64,000 nt of DNA, taken from NCBI RefSeq assembly GCF_001194135.2, contig NC_068994.1, positions 47,989,234 to 48,053,233 of the forward strand. The letters run 5' to 3'. Below, in pieces: positions 55,215 to 64,000 of the stretch. The notes under the pieces are model-generated. The model worked only from the letters and a program-made list of their open reading frames with translations. It was not told the origin of the DNA and made no database searches. The position numbers and the translations under genes were made by a program. How positions within the stretch are numbered: the stretch's first letter is position 1; the number at the start of each line of letters is the position of its first letter. The DNA is from Octopus bimaculoides. Its lineage: Eukaryota.

Positions 55215-56264
55215 TCATACAGGGCCCGACTCTAACCTCATGTATAAGTAGAGGTTTAAGGCTGTCATTACACATTTGGACAGATATACATATATATTAT
55301 ATATATATATATATACATACATATATATATATATAGCCTGATCAAACCTACCTATTCTACAACAGCACACTATTCAAGTAATATCATAGATCTACCAGTG
55401 TAACACATACTTGAGATTGTGTAAGAGTTAACACTCAAGTGTTGTATGGCACTGGTTACAAGGAAATACAAGTACTATTTTAAGTTATCAAAAACTTTTT
55501 AAGCAAATAGTAAAAACTATGCAGTTAAGATCTACATCCACGATAGCTATTTTTCGTGAAAAAGAGCTAACTCCCATTTCCTTAAGAGAAAAATCTAAGA
55601 AATTTAAATTACTAACTACTCAGTTTAAACAGAAGGTAGCATATTTAGCTACCTCAACTGAAAGGACTATTAAAATCCTTTTTTTTAAAAAAAAAAGAGG
55701 AAACAAGAACACAAACTGTTTTAGTTTAACAATCAGTTACGCAGCTGTGTTACATTCAAGCAATGGGGATAGGGTATGGGGGCTACTTGGACCTTTCAGA
55801 ATACAAATATGAGCTACAGATTACATTACAATTTTACAATATTCAAAGCAGAGTTATGTGGAATACTAGTTTAGATTCTGCTCAAAAATTACTGTGGGAG
55901 AAAAAGGTTTTCTATTTACTGTTAGTTTATTAACCCTAAAACTTTTTCTATCAAGAAAGAGTTTTGATTTTTTTTTTAAATTGAAAGTATTCTACAAAAA
56001 AAGATCATTCACTGGATACAAAGCCATATAGGCATCAAGGGAAACAGGGAAGCATATGACTTAGCAAAAGAATAAACACAAATATAGATAATCAAAATGT
56101 GTAACAAATCCAACAGAAGCATAAGTCAAAAGTGGAAGAACCAAGAGGAAATATCAAACTTTATTCCTCCATTATCTCAGCCAGAGCTAATCAACATAAA
56201 ATGTATCAGCTACTGAGGAAGATTAACAAAAGCTGTTAGCCTCAAACAAGCCATATTCCTTTAA

Positions 56265-56379
56265 CTCTTTCGCATTTAAACAGGCCACCCCACCCCAAAT
56301 TTTCTTGTTAAAATGCACGATTCAAACCAGAGTGAATAAAAAGGCATACATTTGTCAGAGTAATATGAACACTAAAAGG
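56265..56379. mobile_element. Degenerate piggyBac-like MITE
   Basis: TTAA|CTCTTTCGCATTTAAAC ... CTAAAAGG|TTAA; shares end motifs with 25699-26123. Confidence 0.5.
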
Positions 56380-59300
56380 TTAAACTATTTTCTCGTGAAC
56401 AGGTCAGAGAATCACCTTTAGGTCTTTGTACAGACAATTCAGAAACCTTATCACATTATTTGTTCCAATGCAAAAATTATGATTAGAGAGAATATATTTT
56501 CAAGGATTTTCCAATCAATGGAGGTTATTAAAGAGTCTGAACAAAAAACAAAAAAAAAATTCACTTCTTTATCCAGATTTTTCCCCACATCATTTTAAAG
56601 TTCACTATTCCATGCTCACATGAGTTCAATGGAATTCGTAGAGGTAGATTTTCAGTGGCCAGATGCCCTTCTACCACCAACACCTTACCTGTTTCCAGGC
56701 AAACTAATATTTCCCTCTGGCCAGACATGCTCTTTTAAAAGAGAATTGGAAACAAACAAACACTGCTTATATAATAATGACACATTTACTAACACTGCAT
56801 GATGTCAAGACAAGGAGAATATACCCACACACATGAGCTGAGTTGCTTTCGTATTCCCTCTACAGATACAATTTTAGTTATCCAGGGATATGATAAAATA
56901 CACCTGCCCAAAGTGCCAGGCAGTGGGTTTAAATACTAAACCAGTAAGTGAACTTAACCACACAACTATGCCTGTATCTACAAAAAGCAGACATAAAATG
57001 ATTAGGATGCCATCTAATTGTTGCATATATGCAATGAACCAAGAAAGCCTGTATAGATTACATTGTTCATTGTATCTCCTTACAGTAAACTGATCGTCTT
57101 TTTAGGAGATTGAATTCTAAGTGTAAATGATTGACTATACTTCAGACGTCTACATTAATGTAATCATCAAACAGACTCAATGGGACACAATATGTAGCAA
57201 GGATGGCCCTTTGAATTAAAAGTACAGTCCATCTAACGGGATTCCACAGCTTCCGGTTCCCTAATTTCATTCACAAGCCATGGCTAAAAAATGCTAACCC
57301 AATATCTGCACAGTAAGGTCAAATTAGGAATTGCAGGAGTATGAAACGTACTACTACACTTCATATACTTTAAGTTGTACTTCCTGTCCCTCACAGACAT
57401 TTTTGCTATGCATGCACACTACCCTATCTCACATATACTCTCTTTTTCTCTATATTTTGAAGAATCAATAAACAAAGCATCTGTCTTATACAGGGCTCGA
57501 TTTTTCTTTTCTTGCTGCCTGTCTCTTTCTGGAAAAGATTCACTGCAATCAAACCTAGACAGATAGGTACCACCAGGTCTACTAATGCAGAAGACATGCT
57601 TTCATGACAACTACATCAGTTATTGAGAGCCCCTGACAAGGCACATATACACGTGTGTGTGAGCATGTATATGTATACAAATACATGGATATGCTTGTGT
57701 GTGAGTGTGTACATAGATAAGCTGAAATTTTAAGTCAATTATTGTTTTTGTATTTTACCAATTTTCAAACATTCAGTCTAAGAAAAACAATGTATTTATA
57801 TATACAACAGAACCCTTGAAACAAAACATTTTGAAGTCAGTAGGGGAGGTAAGAGTAGCTGTCTGTAGTGAATAATAATAGATACATTTGGCAACAATTT
57901 GGAGAGAAAATGAAATCAGTTGGGCTCAGTGGTGAATGAATAAGGGGCCTAGTTTGGTAGAACGTATCACTGTTGCCTTGATTTCATAGACACAGAGCCA
58001 CAATCATTGGCTATTCAAACTTATTTCAACAGTACCAATTTGAGAAGAAAAAAGAGGAAGAGACATCAGAAGTCTGCAGAAAAAAACATGAAAGATTATT
58101 TTAACTATAAACATATATCTTGCATGTGTGTGTGTATACATACAGAGAGAAGCTGTGTTCTGTATGTTGAAAGTGACAAAAAAGGGCATCAGCAGCATTT
58201 TAAGTTTAATTTTCTATGCTGGCATGAGCTGGGAGGTTTTTCTGAAACACTTTACAACAGAATATCCTTCCTAACAACAGCACTTCTTGCAGAGTGATAC
58301 AATGTACCTTCATTAAAACGTGTGCCCACACAGGTATATGCATAATTATTGAAGCAGGCACGTAAGAAGTTTATTTCTCAACTGTACGGTTTCCAGTTTA
58401 CTTTCCACTGCACAGCACTTTAGGCAGGTGTCTTCTGCTGAAGGCCCAAGCCAAACAACGCCTCACAAATGCATTTGGTAGACAGAAAGTGTAGGACTTT
58501 CTTGTTGGTAGCATGGAGGCATTTGAGGCAATTTTTCCACAAATGGATGTCCTTTCCATTGTTAACTCACTTATTTCCAAGTAAGCAATTACTTCCTTTG
58601 TTCTTTTGAACAAGGATTCATTTCAAATAGACATCTCTTTGCAGCAGATGTAAACAAAGACATATATACAGTGACATTCATCACGCAGTGTGCAGACAAC
58701 CAGGCATATTTACATGACATGTAAACAATGGCACTGTTTATATAGTGATGTCATATATGCAGTTTTGCAAACTATGGCAAGACAATCATTCATAGGTGCA
58801 TGTGTACTAGCAACAAGAGCAACTGATCATAAAAAAATTTGCATTAATAACCCTTTGCCCCAAACAAAGACGAAAAATTGGTGTTAAAACAATGAAGGGA
58901 CTTCCATGGTAAATTGGAGATTATAATAGAAGACACCTGTCTTCAGTGCTACAGAGTAGGAACCCTAAATCACACACACAGCCTGCTTGTCAAATTTCAA
59001 TCACAAGCTTTAGTCAATCCAAAGCTATGCAAGAAAACATTTGCCCAAATTGGTACACTGGCTTAGAATTTGGAACCACATGATTATGAAGGTTACTTTT
59101 GACCACACCACCTGGCCTTCAAAGATACACATTTCAAACCAGTAGTCCAATACTATATCTTGCTACAATATTCTGCTATGCCTATCTTAGTGTTCTGTTG
59201 TTAGTATACTTAAGTCTATTCTCAGTTCTAGAAGTTTGCTATTCTTCATTCTTCACATCTGGGCCAACCAAGCCTGCTGTGTTGAAGGAATAGTCTGAAG

Positions 59301-62300
59301 GAATCTTTTCACATCATTTCCTGCCACACATATTCTTTAGCACAGATTCTAAGTAAGCATCTTTTTCCCCCCACTGATGCTGTAAACATCTTTGTTTTTG
59401 CTAACATATAAAGTACGGGTTCATAAACAGAAGCAATCTTCATGGCATGAAAGATAAGCAATACTATTTTACAAAGTTAGCCAATGATTTGTGACTAATA
59501 TAATTTAGCTTTCTGTTAATTAATGGTAAATGTGGAGCCCAGATAAATGAACTGCTAGAATGATACCTGGAGAGTAATATTATATTTGAATTACAGAATC
59601 TACCAGATGTTAATCTTTTCTCAATCACCTTGGATACTTGACATCTGAAGTAGGAAGGTTATTAATTTTATGTAGCACACAGCAGTACCTATCATCTATG
59701 TGGACTGCTCTAAATTTGGTTGTTACAATCCCAGATGGTTATACCGAACAAATTTCAATAATGAATTAGATTAGTAATAATAAATATACATCACTGCAAG
59801 TGATGTATGTCAATAATTATTAACATAAAACTGTCAATGTCCTGCAACCAGTTGGGTCTCTACAACCTGAGTGCAACCAAAACTACATAAACTATCATGA
59901 CTAAAAACTAGTGGAGTAGAGAAAATGCTTCTTAGTAATTCTCTGATTTGCTACATAAAAAAACATGATGTTAATGTCAATATGCTTCTGACAGGATCAA
60001 GTTCCTGATATATCTAAGCAGCAAGCTGCTGCATTCTGGTCAAAGCAATTCTTAACCATTAATTGCAAAGTAAATGCTGAAGTAAAATTTATATCAAATC
60101 TCAAAAACCTGGGATGCTTGTTCCATGCATTTGCACAGAGTTACACAAGGACTTTCTGTGCACACTTAGTTCATGGGGGATATATTTCGTAATGGCTACC
60201 AATTTGAAATTCTTCATTTCTACAGGTTTATTAGGGAGACTGTCAAATCTCATGCCTTGCAAACTGTTTTAGAAAATATTTTTCATATCGATATACACAT
60301 TTTTATGTATAAATATGGGGTGGAGGCACAAGCAGACCCTTTTGTACCCTTATGGAAAAGTTATATATTACTGTGTAAAATTCATGTCTACCAAACAGAC
60401 ACAGTTTGAATTAACATCTATCTAATATTAATTTGCACAGCACCACGATACCATGATCTGGTTGAGAAAAAGATTTTTTTTCAGTCCTTGTTTAAGTTTA
60501 GGTTCTAAGAATTTTTCAACAGTTTATTTGGCTTATTTTGAATGTCTTGAAGACAGATTTAGCAGTTTCTCTCTTCAATACATTACTTGATTACTTGCCA
60601 ACTTTCAACAGCTGAGTTTTTTGGACAAGGCAGTTATACAGTGTCAAGAGCTTAGTTTTGCAATCAACTCAGTTTAAAAGTAATTTCAAATTTGCAGTGA
60701 GTGTGCAGCATGTTAAAAGCATTAACATTTTAATGTTAATATCTGGGTTACATCAATGCCATTACAACACATCAGTACCTTTGTCTTGCAACATATCCAA
60801 TGTTATATATCTGAAAATACCATCCACACAAAATTAAATACAAAGGATATATTTTTTTATGGTTCTACCATAGAAAAGACCAACACCGGTGGATCCACAA
60901 TATTAAATAAGAATTTTACAGGACAATCTATACATAACATTTTGTTACCTCCACATTATAATTTAATTTAAATAAAGCAGCTCTTACTATCCTTAGCAGG
61001 TTGCTATAAAAGCAGTAAAATCTCTCTCGCACCACACTATTGAATAATACAGTCCTAACAAAAAAAAGCCAAGATGCCTTTGATCAATTGGATCCAGAGC
61101 TAAATTGAGGAGAAACAATTTTTTTCTCCAACCAATTCATTAATAGCATCAATACTCTTGAATTATTAACATCCTATATTGTTTGCCCACCTCTACAAAA
61201 TCTGTAGAAAATTCATAAACCATTATTTTTGTTGTTGCTGCTGTGTAACTAAAATACTAGGTCTTTGGATTTATTTGTACAACCTAGATTGGCTATTTCT
61301 CTGACCTCCAAGAAGCCTTCTGTGGCAAATTACGGAGGCACTGCAATCTGTCAACCGATGCCAACAGCACAAAGAGACATTAAAGCCATGTAGATAATGA
61401 CTAAAACCTTAAAACATGAAGAATAAATCTTTTAAGAAATACGGCTAAATTTTTTTTTTAATTTTCAAATTTCCTAAAGTTTTAAAAATGAAAGCATCCG
61501 TTTTTTAACTGCCTGGATTTGTTTACGGTTAGCAGCTACTTCCAATGTGTGTATAGCATTTTAATGTTCACTTTTTCCATATACTTCAAGGCTGAATATC
61601 CTTCCTATCACCAACCCTTGTTCCAAGATACAAGTTGTTCTTCACACACCAAACTGCGGAGCTGTTGATTGTATTTTATGCACATGCACGCACACAGGCT
61701 TCCATGGCTATAGAAGATTTGTCCAAGGCACCACGCAAAAAGAATCAAATTCAAAACCCTGCGGTTGCCAAAAACTAAACCAGTCATGTCTGTATCAGCG
61801 TATGTATGTGTGCACACAGACCAACAAGGTAGATTCTCTCATAACAATCTACTCAGAGATTGTGGGCTGCTCCATTTTTCTAGAATTGAATATCAGATAT
61901 ATCAATAACCTTACTAGAAAAAGTTACCAGAATTCTAAAGCATGTACGGCAGTAAATGACCCTGTATTCCTCATGTTCATGACAACCAGATATACATACT
62001 ATAGCAGTAGTAGTATGGCTATTTCCTCGCTGGTGTTAAGTCTTCACGAGACAAGTTAGGACAAGTCATAAGCAAAGAAACGGTGGAAGGAGGAAGAGAA
62101 ATAAAGGCAAGCGAAGTAGGGCGGGTAAGAATAATGGGTAGAAGAGTGAGGGAGAGAAAACAAAATGGACAGAGGCTATTCTGATATTTACTATTTTTTA
62201 AAATTGCAGTTTGGATGGTTAAATTCAGAGCCATTAGAAGGAAAATGATTATATGAATGCAAACTTTAGGATTTGAAAATGACAAATGAATTTTATAAAA

Positions 62301-62879
62301 AAACAATGTTGATGAGTTTGTATTTAAAAAAAAAATATCTTGGTTGAATGAATGGTCCTAGAAAAGGAATTTTAACCTTCCTCAGTGATAACAGTAAACA
62401 TTCACATTTAATACCAAGAATCCTTGGAAATGATGCCAATAATAAATTTATGAAAAAAACATCCACACGTCACCTCGTCTTATTTCTTCTTCTTTTTTTT
62501 TTTGCGCTAGTGTCCAAAAGATATCTTCCCAGAGTTATTTCGAAACGTTCAGTGTGCATCGAATAAATGCTTATTTTATTTTGGGGATCAATTACCTACA
62601 TCACCTATATTCAAAAATTCAAAAAGTACACTACACTGACACCAGTTCTACTAAGGGCTTCATGGGAAGAGAAATCTAGTCTGCTCAGATTTCTTCTCTG
62701 TATATTAAACATTAATAGTGTATGTGCGCATTTACAATCACCACTACTAGGAAATAAGACTACATGATAGCTCGGCTTGATAGAGAAATTAGCTAAAATC
62801 ACCCTCAAATCAGTCTTTCAGAAAAAAAACTCCCATTGGTATACCCTAATTGGATTGTATTGGAGGGTTACTTATATCT

Positions 62880-64000
62880 AAAACAGAATCCGAAGAAATT
62901 TTCGATAGCGGGTGTTTAACTCCGAGAAAAAGCGTGGTAGTTCACTCATACGTTTGAAGCTAATGATTCAATCCATCACAACTAAGTGCGTTCCTTCCGG
63001 CAACAAATTTTAAGTACTTGAAAACACCAGTTTAGTAATAAACTTCAAATACTTTTTGTTCTTCGCCATATCATCATAGTTTTAATGTTAACTTTTCCAT
63101 GCTTGCATGGATCATTATATATTTTTCACACCAGCGTTACCTAAGTTTCATATACACGTTCACACGCATTCTTTTTTTTGCTTTTGCCCTCATGGCCAAG
63201 GCCATCCTAAAGCGTAACCTACATACATACAGACACCGCATATTTTCATACTCATTTAAAGGGGGGAATTTAAAAAGGGTAAAAAATGCCAGCTTTCCCA
63301 CTTAAGACTTGCGATGGTGGGGTATGCAACATGGAACAGAAACGGAACGAGGGGGTGGAAAATAGTAGCAACGTGTAATAAAGTGTCGGAGTCGAATATT
63401 CAGACATGAGGCATTACTTATTGATTCAAAATAGTAATATTTAATTTTATATATATACATACACTGACACGCAAACACACACAATTGTCGTTAAATTTAG
63501 CGTTCCATATTAAACCAGGAAGTACAAGCATTTTTTTTCTGTTGTAATGTAATTTAAAATGAATTTGCCAAAAGAATTCAGGTTAAAAGAAAAAAACAAT
63601 AGTTCCAGCAATTTATGAACAGCAGACACTGAAAATATTACGCCTGATAAATTTCTATAACCCCCACCCTCAATAAATGAGAAGCGCCTACCCCCACTAC
63701 CATCTTGTAACATTTAGATCGCCTTCAGTGTTTGAATTTACGCAAATCGATTTTTTTTTTTTTTTTGGGGTTTCCTAAATTATTTCGCCACTAAGCAACA
63801 ATATTGCACTTTGATATGTGCGTTTATTTTATAAAAATCGTAATATTTATTTAACGCTGGTTTCATGAACTTAAAACGTTAGTCGATTATTCAAAACCAT
63901 TTCCATATCAGACTCGCCCGAGGCCACCGCCGCTGCTTCTAAGAGAAAACTGCTACTTCAATAAAATATAACATCTTTTTTCTCTTTTAAGTGTTTTGAA
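62880..64000 (-). promoter_or_regulatory. CpG-enriched region, probably the start of SRSF10 intron 1 near its promoter
   Basis: CpG density rises toward the window end (e.g. gactcgcccgaggccaccgccgc); the RNP2-encoding exon 1 was not found inside the window. Confidence 0.4.

Noticed and set aside
60721-60740. Perfect 9-bp inverted repeat ATTAACATT-TT-AATGTTAAT
   Set aside because: AT-only, short and isolated; expected by chance.
62474-62559. Minus-strand MHTERFEITLGRYLLDTSAKKKRRRNKTR ending AG|gtgacg in phase 2, a possible SRSF10 exon 1
   Set aside because: Lacks the RNP2 motif (SLFVRNV-like) needed to complete the RRM, and the frame depends on a homopolymer length. True exon 1 is probably beyond 64000.

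Overview
AT-rich, microsatellite- and SINE-rich eukaryotic scaffold with five N gaps. The repeat landscape strongly suggests Octopus (inference, no search run). Two convergent multi-exon genes are present. (1) Plus strand: the LIM-domain-binding cofactor LDB/Chip. Six exons are fully read (14211-40467). The NLS-bearing exon is mostly hidden in the gap at 38667-38762. The canonical N-terminal exon was not found, but candidate alternative first exons lie at about 7.7-8.0 kb and 10.6 kb. (2) Minus strand: an SRSF10/12-type SR splicing factor, exons 2-8 (55080-49853); exon 1 was not found and probably lies beyond the window end. Most interesting signal: SRSF10 intron 2 is a clear U12 AT-AC intron (ATATCCTTTT...TCCTTAAC...AC). 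It contains a U2-type acceptor opening a PTC-bearing exon, a competing GTATGT donor sits inside exon 2, and a second U12 donor lies deeper in the intron. This looks like a cephalopod version of the minor/major spliceosome autoregulatory switch known from mammals. Several candidate routes to LID-less or N-truncated LDB isoforms, TTAA-flanked piggyBac-like MITEs and RTE LINE relics are also visible.
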